A stretch of 64,000 nucleotides of DNA. Source: an uncultured Acidobacteriota bacterium. Its GTDB lineage: Bacteria; Acidobacteriota; Vicinamibacteria; Vicinamibacterales; UBA2999. The stretch is from assembly GCA_963802675.1 (NCBI GenBank), contig CAWDJL010000005.1, positions 595,896-659,895 on the forward strand, written 5' to 3'. How positions within the stretch are numbered: the first letter of the stretch is position 1; the number at the start of each line of letters is the position of its first letter. Both the position numbers and the translations under genes were made by a program. The notes beneath the pieces are model-generated. The model was not told the DNA's origin and searched no databases. It worked only from the letters and a program-made list of their open reading frames with translations. This document shows, piece by piece, positions 1 through 11,818 of the stretch.

Positions 1-1887
<1,887 letters not shown>

Positions 1888-2025
1888 GTTGAATCATACC
1901 ACAAGGGTTGGCGTTCGCCGAGCGTCGCACCGCAACGGAGAGGGCAGCCGACTTCATCAGCGAGCGAGAGGCCGTTTGCATCGACTAGCTGATTGCACAT
2001 CGGGTGGAGCTTGGGGGTTAAAATA

Positions 2026-2547
2026 GTGCGTCGTCCGATGCCGCCCAGAACCGTGGCCGTTATCTGCGCCGTCAGCCTGACCGTCGGGTGGCTGCTGGCG
2101 TCGGTCCTGACGCCGCCCGTCGCGCGGCTGCAGTCGCTGCCCGATCGTCGTGCCACCGAGACGCCCGCGGCGGGTGATTTGGTATCGATATATTCCGAGC
2201 AATTGGCACTGAAGCAGCGGGCGGCGCCCGCGCCGCCACAGCCGCGACGCAATCCATTCGTGTTCGGCAGTCGCGAGTCCCGGCCCGTCAATCCGGCGCG
2301 CAATGTCACGTCGGAGGTCCAGTTGCCGACGCCGCAGCCCGTCGGGCCCACCTACCAACTGTCGGGCATCGGATTCAACGACACCGCGCAGGGTGTCGTG
2401 CGCACCGCGGTGCTCTCCGATGGCACAACCGTTCATCTGTTGAAGAGCGGCGACGCGATTGCAGACTACATGGTCGCCGAAGTGACCGACACGACGGTCG
2501 TCCTGACCGACTCGACCGGCGCACGGTTCGTGATTCGGTTGCGCTAG
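2026..2547 (+). CDS. hypothetical membrane-anchored protein; the C-terminal pattern resembles PilP/GspC-type beta domains
   Basis: ORF 1993..2547. A GTG at 2026 follows GGGGG at 2014-2018. N-terminal TM segment AVICAVSLTVGWLLASVL. C-terminal LSGIGF..RTAVLSDG..HLLKSGD pattern. No family recognised with certainty. Confidence 0.5.
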   Translation: MRRPMPPRTVAVICAVSLTVGWLLASVLTPPVARLQSLPDRRATETPAAGDLVSIYSEQLALKQRAAPAPPQPRRNPFVFGSRESRPVNPARNVTSEVQLPTPQPVGPTYQLSGIGFNDTAQGVVRTAVLSDGTTVHLLKSGDAIADYMVAEVTDTTVVLTDSTGARFVIRLR

Positions 2548-2552
2548 CGTCG

Positions 2553-2712
2553 CGAGCACGAAAGCACGACGCGTAGCTTCCGCCTTAAGGCGGAAGCCAC
2601 GGCAAGCAAGATCCAAGAATTCTTCGTGTCCTTCGTGCCTTCGTGGCGAAACCGTCTGTCTTTCCGTGTCTCTTCTGTGGCTCGGTGTCTCTGTGGCTTG
2701 TCGGTGTCAGAG
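2553..2712. repeat. word array / hairpin cluster between convergent genes (CACGAAG/CTTCGTG words, GTAG-headed perfect 9-bp hairpin, GTGTCTC/CTGTGGC words)
   Basis: Perfect palindrome GCTTCCGCC-TTAA-GGCGGAAGC at 2576-2597, preceded by GTAG at 2573-2576 (its last G is the first stem base). Also cacgaaagcacgac versus gtgccttcgtg, and gtgtctcttctgtggctcggtgtctctgtggcttgt. Confidence 0.8.
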
Positions 2713-2718
2713 GCGTAA

Positions 2719-4299
2719 TCAGACGCGCACCGCCCAAGCAGCCTTGATCGCTCCGACGCTCCGGATTTCCTCCATCACGGATTTCCCCAGGGCGCTGCCG
2801 TCGACATCATCCACACTCACGACGCCGACGGCGCCCTGGTCGCCACGGCCAAGAGCGAAGTTGCCGATGTTGACTTTGTGTCGGCCCAGGATGGATCCAA
2901 CCGCACCGATCACTCCCGGCTGATCGTTGTTCATCAGCAGCAGCATGGTGCCGTCGAGCGGCGCCTCCACCTGAACGCCATTGAGCAGGACCAAGCGAGG
3001 CTGCCCTTGAACGATCGTGCCTTCCACGTAACGCTCGCCTTCATCGGTATGAAGCTTGACGGAGAGCAGGCTCGTGTAGCTTCGTGGCCGCGTGCCGTGG
3101 GACTCGCTCACGTCGATCCCGCGCTCGGCGGCCACGGCGCGGGCGTTGACGAGCGTGATCGGGATGAAGACGATGGCCTGGAGCAGACCCTCGAGCACGG
3201 AACTGACGATCAGCGGGTTCGACGAGCCCGCCAACGCGCCGTAGTACCGAACGCTCACGCCCTCGATCCGCGCTTCGCCCATTTGCCCAAGCAGACAGCC
3301 GAGCCGACGCGCGACTTTGATGAAGGGCTCGAGCTTCTGGAACTCGTCCGCATCCAGCGACGGAAAGTTGACGGCGTTCCGCATCACGCCTGTCTTCAAG
3401 TAGTCACGCAGGGCTGTGGCAGTCTCGACCCCCACGAGCTCCTGACCCTCCTTCGTTGACGCCGCAATGTGTGGCGACGCGACGACCGTCGCCAACGTCT
3501 GCAGTCGGTGGTCGACCGTTGGCTCCTGTTGAAACACATCCAGCGCGGCGCCGCCGATTCGTCCACCCTCGATTGCGTCCGCGAGCGCGCGCTCGTCGAT
3601 GAGGTCGCCGCGAGCTGTGTTGATGAGGCGAAGCCCCTTCTTGCATCTCGCGAGCCGGTCGGAATTGAAAATCTGGCGCGTATCGGCGGTGGACGGCATA
3701 TGGAGCGACAGAAAATCAGAACGGGCACACAGGTCGTCGAGCGACACCAGCTCGATCCGGAGGTCGCGCGCAATCTGGGCGCTGATGAACGGGTCGTGCG
3801 CAATCACGATCATCTCAAATGCCCGGGCACGACGCGCGACCTCTTGACCGATACGACCCAGGCCCGCGAGCCCCAGCGTCTTCCCACGCACCTCCTCGCC
3901 GACAAAGCTCTTCTTATCCCAATGCCCCTGCTTCATCGAGGCATCAGCCGCCGGAATTTTTCGGGCAAGTGCCAGCAACAAAGCCATCGTCAATTCTGCG
4001 ACGCTGATACTGTTTGCTCCCGGGGCGTTCATGACGACGATGCCGCGTGCGCTGGCGGCGGCGACGTCCACGTTGTCCACGCCGGTGCCGGCGCGCGCGA
4101 TCGCGCGGAGCTGCGGGGCGGCGGCGATGAGGTCACGCGTGACTTTCGTCGCGCTCCGGACGACCAGCGCGTCAGCCGTCGACAAATCGGCGGTCAGTTC
4201 GGTCGGCGCACGACCCACGCGCGCATCGACGTCCCATCCCTCGGCGCGCAAGATGTCGAGCGCTGACGCCGGGAAGTCGTCGGAGACGATGATCTTCAT
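2719..4299 (-). CDS. serA: D-3-phosphoglycerate dehydrogenase (long form with C-terminal ACT domain)
   Basis: ORF 2719..4386. The canonical N-terminus MKIIVSDD begins at the ATG at 4299. Contains GLAGLGRIGQEVARRA (NAD site) and the 2-hydroxyacid dehydrogenase core. ACT-like C-terminus LLLMNNDQPGVIGAVGSILG. Confidence 0.92.
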   Translation of the reverse strand: MKIIVSDDFPASALDILRAEGWDVDARVGRAPTELTADLSTADALVVRSATKVTRDLIAAAPQLRAIARAGTGVDNVDVAAASARGIVVMNAPGANSISVAELTMALLLALARKIPAADASMKQGHWDKKSFVGEEVRGKTLGLAGLGRIGQEVARRARAFEMIVIAHDPFISAQIARDLRIELVSLDDLCARSDFLSLHMPSTADTRQIFNSDRLARCKKGLRLINTARGDLIDERALADAIEGGRIGGAALDVFQQEPTVDHRLQTLATVVASPHIAASTKEGQELVGVETATALRDYLKTGVMRNAVNFPSLDADEFQKLEPFIKVARRLGCLLGQMGEARIEGVSVRYYGALAGSSNPLIVSSVLEGLLQAIVFIPITLVNARAVAAERGIDVSESHGTRPRSYTSLLSVKLHTDEGERYVEGTIVQGQPRLVLLNGVQVEAPLDGTMLLLMNNDQPGVIGAVGSILGRHKVNIGNFALGRGDQGAVGVVSVDDVDGSALGKSVMEEIRSVGAIKAAWAVRV

Positions 4300-4446
4300 G
4301 GCAGTGTATGATTCCATACTTGTACCGCGCGCCGGAGGCGCGACCGAGGCGAGAGCCATCCCTGCTCCGCTCGATGACCGCACCATGAATAGTGCAACTT
4401 GCTCATTTCGGCCAGTACCTGCGCTGTTACACCGCGTTCACGGGAC

Positions 4447-4480
4447 GTTTTCCACAAGGTTTTCCACAGAACGTGTGGAC
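4447..4480. promoter_or_regulatory. candidate operator: two tandem TTTTCCACA motifs (one mismatch from the DnaA-box TTATCCACA) plus an inverted TGTGGA
   Basis: gTTTTCCACAagGTTTTCCACAgaacgTGTGGAc lies in the 365-bp divergent serA/mdh spacer. Direct repeat period is 12 nt. Inverted pair TCCACA(5 nt)TGTGGA. Confidence 0.3.
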
Positions 4481-4511
4481 TGTTGATGGAAGAGCATGGC
4501 GATTTGACCTA

Positions 4512-4628
4512 ACGAGACACAGACGAGAGACAACGGGCCACAGAGACTCCGAGACACAGAGAAACTGAAGGACTCGTTCTAGACTTCGATCCACCTGAAC
4601 TCTGTGTCTCCGTGACTCTGTGGCTTGT
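4512..4628. repeat. inverted word array (GAGACAC / CCACAGAG words and their complements)
   Basis: Left arm gccacagagactccgagacacagag (4537-4561) matches 22/25 positions of the reverse complement of ctctgtgtctccgtgactctgtggc (4600-4624). Shares ctctgtggcttgt with 2689-2701. Confidence 0.8.
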
Positions 4629-4664
4629 ACGTGAGCGAGTGAGATCTGCAACGAGGAACCCTGC

Positions 4665-5593
4665 ATGAATCGCAAAGTGACTGTTGTTGGAGGCGCGGGC
4701 AACGTCGGTGCGACGGTCGCGCGCGCGATCGCCCAGAAAGAGCTCGCCGACGTTGTCGTGGTCGACATCGCGGACACCAAGGCGGCGGGCGTCGCGCTCG
4801 ACATCTTCCAGGCCTGCCCCATCGACGGATCGGCGGCCCGCGTGGTGGGCGTGGGCACGAAAGACTTCGCCGAGAGTGCCAACTCCGACGTTGTCGTCAT
4901 CACCTCCGGCGTGCCGCGCAAGCCCGGGATGAGCCGGGACGACCTGCTCTCGGTCAACTACAAGATCATGCAGGACGTGACCGCCGAGATCGTCAAGCAC
5001 TCGCCCAACTGCATCATCGTGCCCGTGGCCAACCCGCTTGATGCCATGTCACAGGCCGTGTATCGACTGAGCAAGTTCCCTCGCGAGCGCGTCATCGGCA
5101 TGGCCGGCGTCCTCGACTCGGCGCGCATGAGCACCTTCATTGCGATGGAGTTGAACGTCTCGGTCGAGAACGTGTCGTCGTTCGTCCTGGGCGGCCACGG
5201 TGACACGATGGTGCCGCTGCCACGGTTCTCGACCGTCGCGGGCATCCCGATTACGGAGTTGATGCCGGCGAACAGGATCGCGGCCATCTGCGAACGCACC
5301 GCCAACGGCGGGGCTGAGATCACCAAGCTCGTGGGCACGAGCGCCTGGTATGCCCCCGGTGCCTCGGCGGCGCTGATGGTCGAAGCCATCCTGAAGGATC
5401 AGAAGAAGATCATGCCGTGCTCGGTCTTCCTCCAGGGCGAGTACGGGATCCACGACCTCTTCGTGGGGGTTCCGGTCAAGCTGGGTGCGCGCGGGGTGGA
5501 GCAGATCATCGAGATTAAACTGACCAGCGAAGAGAAGGCGGCGCTGCACAAGTCCGCCGGTGCGGTCAAGGAGCTCGTAGACGTCATCAAGGT

Positions 5594-5597
<4 letters not shown>
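4665..5597 (+). CDS. mdh: malate dehydrogenase (LDH-like family)
   Basis: 310 aa with [25 protein letters not shown] and [10 protein letters not shown]. The stop overlaps the sucC ATG (ATGA). Confidence 0.95.
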
Positions 5598-6756
<1,159 letters not shown>

Positions 6757-6760
<4 letters not shown>

Positions 6761-7635
6761 TGGCGGTACTGCTCGACCAGAACACCCGCCTCCTCGTTCA
6801 AGGACTGACGGGCCGCGAAGGCACGTTCCATGCGAAGGCGGCGGCCGCCTATCACACCAACGTTGTCGGCGGCGTGACGCCCGGAAAGGGCGGAACGACC
6901 CACGAGGGCTGGCCGGTGTTCAACACCGTGGTGGACGCGGTGAAGGCGACGGGGGCCAACTCGTCGGTGATCTTCGTTCCACCGCCGTCTGCTGCCGACG
7001 CCATCCTGGAAGCCGCCGACGCCGGTATTGCGCTGGTGGTGTGCATCACGGAAGGAATACCGGTGGTGGACATGCTGAGCGTCATGACGTTCCTCGAGGA
7101 GCGACCGGCCACACGGCTGATTGGCCCGAACTGTCCCGGCATCATCTCGCCAGGTAAAGGGAAGGCCGGGATCATTCCGGCGAACATCTGCCGCGAGGGT
7201 CGAATCGGGATTGTCTCGAAGAGCGGGACACTGACCTACGAGGCAATCGATCAGCTCACTCGACTGGGCCTTGGACAGACCACGTGCATCGGCATCGGAG
7301 GGGACCCCCTGATTGGAACGATGTACACGGATGCGCTGGAGCTGTTCGCGGGTGACGCCGAGACGGCTGCGGTGATCATGATCGGTGAGATTGGCGGCTC
7401 CGCCGAAGAGGACGCGGCGGTGTGGATCAAGGACCACTTCAAGAAGCCGGTGGTCGGCTTCATCGCAGGTCAGACGGCCCCTCCGGGGCGACGCATGGGG
7501 CATGCGGGCGCGATTATCGCGGGCGGCAAAGGCACCGCGGCCGAGAAGATGGCCGCGCTGAGCGCCGCGGGCGTTCATGTCGTGAAGAGCCCCGCCGAAA
7601 TGGGCGAGGCGGTCAAAGCGCTCGTGGGCAGGTAA
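6757..7635 (+). CDS. sucD: succinyl-CoA synthetase alpha subunit
   Basis: 292 aa with [21 protein letters not shown] and [14 protein letters not shown]. 4-nt overlap with sucC. Confidence 0.97.
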
Positions 7636-7772
7636 ACCAGTAGAATGGCGGGAGCTGAAGTCATGTTGACCGCCCGATTCAATTCCTTCGCCTTTACCAT
7701 CGCCGGCTTGACGGCCGGCGGGGGAGGGGACTGAATCCGAACAAGTCGACGAGTGACTTTCGGGAATTCGAG

Positions 7773-7811
7773 CCGCCGCCCCAGCCGATGCTGGGGCGGC
7801 GGTTTGCTTTT
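7773..7811 (+). terminator. intrinsic terminator downstream of mdh-sucCD
   Basis: 13-bp stem CCGCCGCCCCAGC (7773-7785) / GCTGGGGCGGCGG (7790-7802), loop CGAT, then TTTGCTTTT. Lies just upstream of the pheA start. Confidence 0.65.
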
Positions 7812-7824
7812 GGGGAGCATCGTG

Positions 7825-8985
7825 ATGGCCAGTGGACACCTTTCGGCGTTGCGGAAGAGCCTGGACGATATTGACGCAGTGATCGTGTCGGCACTCGGCG
7901 AGCGCGCGCGCTTATCGCGCGACATCGCCGCCGCCAAGCGTGAGGGCGATGGCCCGGTTCGCGACGTCGATCGCGAGACCGCCCTGCTCCAGCATCGCGC
8001 CGCCTACGGCGAGCGGGTTGGGTTGGACCCAGCCTTCGTGCGGAGAATCTTCCGCGAGATCCTCGAGGACTCCGTCCGCCGCCAAGCCGACGCAATGAGC
8101 GAGACGTCGGCCGACGAAGCACCGCTGCGAGTCGCCTACCAGGGGACTGAGGGTGCGTACGGTCATCAGGCGGCCTGCCAGCACTTCGGCGTTGCGAGCC
8201 GACCGGTCACGCTGAAAGCGTACGGCACGTTCCGTCAGATGTTGGAGGCTGTGCTGGGTGGTCACGCGGATCGCGGGATCCTGCCACTCGAAAACACAAC
8301 GGCCGGCTCGGTCTACGAGGCGTACGACCTCTTGCTTCGCTTCAACTTGTCACTCGTCGGGGAGGAGATCGTCGACATTCGTCACTGCCTGGTCGGCGTG
8401 GCCGACGTGCCGCTGGAGTCGCTGCGCCAAATTCACTCACACCCACAAGCGCTGTCTCAGTGCGGCGAGTTCCTCAGCCGCTTGCCGTCGTGCGAACAAG
8501 TCCCGGCGGCCAATACGGCGCTTGGCGCCGAACGTGTGAAGGAGCTGCAGGATGCACGGCAGGCGGCCATTGCCAGCGAGGAAGCTGCTGCTCACTTCGG
8601 CCTGCACGTGCTGAAGCGAGGGATTGCCGACCAGCCGGTCAACTACACCCGGTTCGTCGTGGTCGCCGCGACGCCAGTGGACTGCGATCCGCGGCTCGTC
8701 AGCAGAGTGTCCATCGTACTCGCGACGCGGCACGAGCATGGTGCGCTGGTCCGGTGCCTCAACGTGCTCGCCGACGAAGGCCTCAACTTGACGAAGCTCG
8801 AATCGCGTCCACGTCCTGGGATTCCCTGGGAATATGTGTTCTATCTGGACGTTGAAGGTCACCTTCAGGAGCCTCGACTGCAGGCCGCGCTTGCGCGGCT
8901 GGCCGAACGCACCGTGTTCCTCAAGGTGCTGGGCTGCTATCCGGCGCGTGAGCTTCCGCGGGTGGCGCTAACCAGCGGGCTATAA
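7825..8985 (+). CDS. pheA: bifunctional chorismate mutase / prephenate dehydratase (P-protein)
   Basis: ORF 7753..8985. The ATG at 7825 lies after the terminator. CM region LRKSLDDIDAVIVSALGERARLS. PDT region VAYQGTEGAYGH and PLENTTAGSV. ACT region ESRPRPGIPWEYVFYLD. Confidence 0.9.
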   Translation: MASGHLSALRKSLDDIDAVIVSALGERARLSRDIAAAKREGDGPVRDVDRETALLQHRAAYGERVGLDPAFVRRIFREILEDSVRRQADAMSETSADEAPLRVAYQGTEGAYGHQAACQHFGVASRPVTLKAYGTFRQMLEAVLGGHADRGILPLENTTAGSVYEAYDLLLRFNLSLVGEEIVDIRHCLVGVADVPLESLRQIHSHPQALSQCGEFLSRLPSCEQVPAANTALGAERVKELQDARQAAIASEEAAAHFGLHVLKRGIADQPVNYTRFVVVAATPVDCDPRLVSRVSIVLATRHEHGALVRCLNVLADEGLNLTKLESRPRPGIPWEYVFYLDVEGHLQEPRLQAALARLAERTVFLKVLGCYPARELPRVALTSGL

Positions 8986-8997
8986 TCGATCGCTTGT

Positions 8998-9411
8998 ATG
9001 GAACGCACATTTGCCATCATCAAGCCAGATGCCGTCAGGAGCGGCCACGCAGGACGGATCCTGACGCGGATTGAGGCAGCGGGCTTCAACATCCGCGCCC
9101 TGCGCATGATCCGAATGTCGAAGCGTGAGGCTGAGGGGTTCTACGACGTACACAGGGAACGGCCTTTCTTTGGCGGGCTGACCGACTTCATGTCGTCAGG
9201 ACCGTGCCTGGTCATGTGCCTCGAAGCGCCAGACGCCATTCGCAAGTGGCGGGCGCTCATGGGCGCCACCGACCCGGCCAAGGCCGACCCCGGCACGCTC
9301 CGGAAAGAGTTCGGCGCGTCGATCGACAACAATGCGACGCACGGCTCCGATGCGCCCGAGACCGCGGCGTTCGAGCTGTCGTACTTTTTCCGCGGGATGG
9401 AGCTGCTCTAG
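8998..9411 (+). CDS. ndk: nucleoside-diphosphate kinase
   Basis: 137 aa beginning [13 protein letters not shown], with NATHGSD. Confidence 0.97.
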   Translation: MERTFAIIKPDAVRSGHAGRILTRIEAAGFNIRALRMIRMSKREAEGFYDVHRERPFFGGLTDFMSSGPCLVMCLEAPDAIRKWRALMGATDPAKADPGTLRKEFGASIDNNATHGSDAPETAAFELSYFFRGMELL

Positions 9412-9488
9412 GGCTGGTAGGGCTGGTCAGGCAGGTAGGGCCGGTAAGGCAGGTAGGGCGCGTCAAGGCTGGTCGGTTGGGTGGGGGT
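9409..9488. repeat. G-rich one-orientation word array (GGTAGGGC / CAGGCAGGTAGGGC)
   Basis: tagggctggtagggctggtcaggcaggtagggccggtaaggcaggtagggcgcg...ggttgggtggggg. The same 16-mer gtcaggcaggtagggc recurs at 18771-18786. Confidence 0.8.
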
Positions 9489-9493
9489 GCTTC

Positions 9494-9688
9494 ATGGGTC
9501 AAATCCTCATCATCGTGGGCCTCGTGATCGTGGCCATTGGACTGCTCGTCTGGCTTGGCGTTCCGATTGGCCGCTTGCCGGGCGACATCTTGATCCGGCG
9601 GGACAACTTTACGTTCTATCTCCCGATCACGACCTCGATTCTCGCGAGCGTGGTGCTGATCTTGATCGGGATGTTGTTGCGGAGATAG
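9494..9688 (+). CDS. DUF2905-family small membrane protein
   Basis: MGQILIIVGLVIVAIGLLVWLGVPIGRLPGDILIRRDNFTFYLPITTSILASVVLILIGMLLRR. The upstream part of ORF 9332..9688 is read-through of the repeat array. Confidence 0.75.
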   Translation: MGQILIIVGLVIVAIGLLVWLGVPIGRLPGDILIRRDNFTFYLPITTSILASVVLILIGMLLRR

Positions 9689-9736
9689 GCAACCGAAGGG
9701 ACCACAGGCGGTCGTCGCGACAGGCTGCAGAAACAC

Positions 9737-9772
9737 AGGGACTCAGGACTTAGGGACTCAGGGTCAGGGACA
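9737..9772. repeat. short word array (AGGGACTCAGG)
   Basis: agggactcaggacttagggactcagggtcagggaca, between the DUF2905 gene and dcd. Confidence 0.6.
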
Positions 9773-9805
9773 CCGAGAAGGGAAGGCGGGTGGACGGGTG
9801 AACGG

Positions 9806-10360
9806 ATGGCGATAAAGAGCGACCGCTGGATTCGGAAGATGTCACTCGAGCGGGGGATGATTGAACCGTTCGAGGATCGTCAGGTCCGCCAAGGGGTTGT
9901 GTCGTACGGGCTGTCGTCCTACGGGTACGACATTCGCGTGGCCGACGAGTTCAAGGTCTTCACCAACGTTTACAACACCGTGGTTGATCCCAAGAAGTTC
10001 GACCCGCAATCGTTCGTCGATATCAAAGCGGATTGCTGTATCGTCCCGCCCAACTCGTTTGCGCTGGCACGAACCATCGAATACTTCCGCATTCCTCGCG
10101 ATGTCCTCACGGTCTGTCTCGGCAAGTCCACTTATGCCCGCTGCGGCATCATCGTCAACGTCACGCCGTTCGAACCCGAATGGGAAGGGCATGTGACGAT
10201 CGAGATCTCGAACACGACGCCCTTGCCAGCCAAGATCTATTCCAACGAAGGCATCGCCCAAGTGCTGTTCTTTCAGAGCGACGAGGTCTGCGAGGTGTCC
10301 TATAAGGACAAAGCCGGCAAGTATCAGGCACAACGCGGGGTCACGTTGCCCAAGATCTGA
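9806..10360 (+). CDS. dcd: dCTP deaminase
   Basis: 184 aa beginning [12 protein letters not shown], with [33 protein letters not shown] and AQVLFF. Confidence 0.95.
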   Translation: MAIKSDRWIRKMSLERGMIEPFEDRQVRQGVVSYGLSSYGYDIRVADEFKVFTNVYNTVVDPKKFDPQSFVDIKADCCIVPPNSFALARTIEYFRIPRDVLTVCLGKSTYARCGIIVNVTPFEPEWEGHVTIEISNTTPLPAKIYSNEGIAQVLFFQSDEVCEVSYKDKAGKYQAQRGVTLPKI

Positions 10361-10452
10361 TCAGTGATCAGTGATCGGTGGTCCGCGACCCACAGTCAAT
10401 GGTCCAACCGAACACTGATCACTGACCACCGATCACCGAACTGACCACTGAT
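10358..10452. repeat. inverted word array (GATCAGTGATC / GATCACTGA) spanning the dcd stop to the hisS start
   Basis: tgatcagtgatcagtgatcggtggtc ... cactgatcactgaccaccgatcaccgaactgaccactgatg. Confidence 0.8.
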
Positions 10453-11818
10453 GAACACAAAGCCTGCCCGCGGCATGCGGGATTTTCTTCCCAGCGATGT
10501 TCGGCGCCGGCAATACGTCATCGGCGTGATTGCGGACGTCTATCAACGCTACGGCTTCGAGCCGCTCGAAACGCCGGCGGTTGAGAACATCGAAACGCTG
10601 CTGGGCAAGTATGGCGAGGAAGGCGATCGGCTCATCTTCAAGATTCTGAAGCGAGGGGAGGATGGCAAGACCGGCGATGCGGACCTGGCGCTCCGGTACG
10701 ACCTGACCGTTCCGCTGGCGCGTGTAATCGCCGAACATCGCGCCACGCTCCCGAAGCTCTTCAAACGCTATCAGGTTCAGCCGGTGTGGCGGGCCGATCG
10801 CCCCCAGAAGGGCCGCTTTCGCGAGTTCTACCAGTGCGATGTCGACGCCATTGGTTCGACTTCGATGGTGGTCGAGGCCGAACTGCTCGCGGCTGCGGCT
10901 GACGTCCTGATGGCATTGGGGTTTCAGGGGTTCACGATTCGCTTGAACCATCGGCAGCTTCTGGTTGGCATGCTCGAGTCCATCGGCGTCCCGCAGCGTT
11001 CCCACAGCGACACGCTCGTTGCGCTCGACAAGTTGGACAAGGTCGGGCGCGACGGCGTGGCACAGGAATTCGAATCCCGTGGCATTCAAGAACCGGCGGC
11101 GACGACACTCCTCGAGCTGTTCAGCACCATTGCGCAGGCCGCAGCGACTGCCGACCGGGATCCGCAGCGCTTCAACCTTGAAGTCCTGTCGCGACTCGAG
11201 GGGTTGGTGAGCGGGCATCCCGCCGGGGCGAGGGCGGCAGGCGCACTCCGAGATCTGGTTGGGTTGCTCAGCAGCCATCGGGCCGCCGACTTCGTGCGCC
11301 TCGATCCAAGTCTGGCCCGGGGCCTCTGGTACTACACCGGGTCGATCTTCGAGATCGCCGTCGCCGACCTGGCCGGCAGTTTGGGCGGCGGTGGTCGCTA
11401 CGACGAGCTGATCGGCATGTTCCTGGGTGAGCAGGTACCAGCGTGCGGTATCTCGTTGGGATTGGAGCGCATCCTGGTGGTCATGAGTGAGCGCAACATG
11501 TTCCCAGCGGTGGTAGCCGACGCGCCAGCCGACGTGATGGTCACGATGTGGAATCCAGATCGAGCGTCCGATGCGATAAGACTGGCGGGAGAGCTGCGGT
11601 CGGCGGGTCTGCGCGTCGACGTCTATCCGGACGCGGACAAGATTGGCAAGCAGTTCAAGTTTGCGGATTCGCGGGGCATTCGCTTCGTGACGGTCGTTGG
11701 CGATGACGAAGCCGCTCGAAACGAAGTGGCCGTCAAGAACCTGGCGACGGGGGAACAACACGTCGTCCCACGCGCCGAGGCGGCGCGACTGATCAAACAT
11801 GGCGGAGCAACTCGGTAA
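10451..11818 (+). CDS. hisS: histidine--tRNA ligase
   Basis: 455 aa with ARGMRDFLP, FKRYQVQPVWRADRPQKGRFREFYQCDVD and GGGGRYDEL. Confidence 0.95.
   Translation: MNTKPARGMRDFLPSDVRRRQYVIGVIADVYQRYGFEPLETPAVENIETLLGKYGEEGDRLIFKILKRGEDGKTGDADLALRYDLTVPLARVIAEHRATLPKLFKRYQVQPVWRADRPQKGRFREFYQCDVDAIGSTSMVVEAELLAAAADVLMALGFQGFTIRLNHRQLLVGMLESIGVPQRSHSDTLVALDKLDKVGRDGVAQEFESRGIQEPAATTLLELFSTIAQAAATADRDPQRFNLEVLSRLEGLVSGHPAGARAAGALRDLVGLLSSHRAADFVRLDPSLARGLWYYTGSIFEIAVADLAGSLGGGGRYDELIGMFLGEQVPACGISLGLERILVVMSERNMFPAVVADAPADVMVTMWNPDRASDAIRLAGELRSAGLRVDVYPDADKIGKQFKFADSRGIRFVTVVGDDEAARNEVAVKNLATGEQHVVPRAEAARLIKHGGATR

Noticed and set aside
4300-4664. Replication origin (oriC) at the serA/mdh spacer because of DnaA-box-like motifs
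   Set aside because: There are only two good boxes, no AT-rich unwinding element, no dnaA, dnaN or gid genes nearby, and gene orientation does not switch here.
9332-9493. N-terminal 54 codons of ORF 9332..9688 and the overlapping ORFs 9204..9527(+) and 9257..9736(-)
   Set aside because: These are translations of the G-rich word array and the ndk 3' end (AGRAGQAGRAGKAGRA-type low complexity). The recognisable DUF2905 protein starts at the ATG at 9494.
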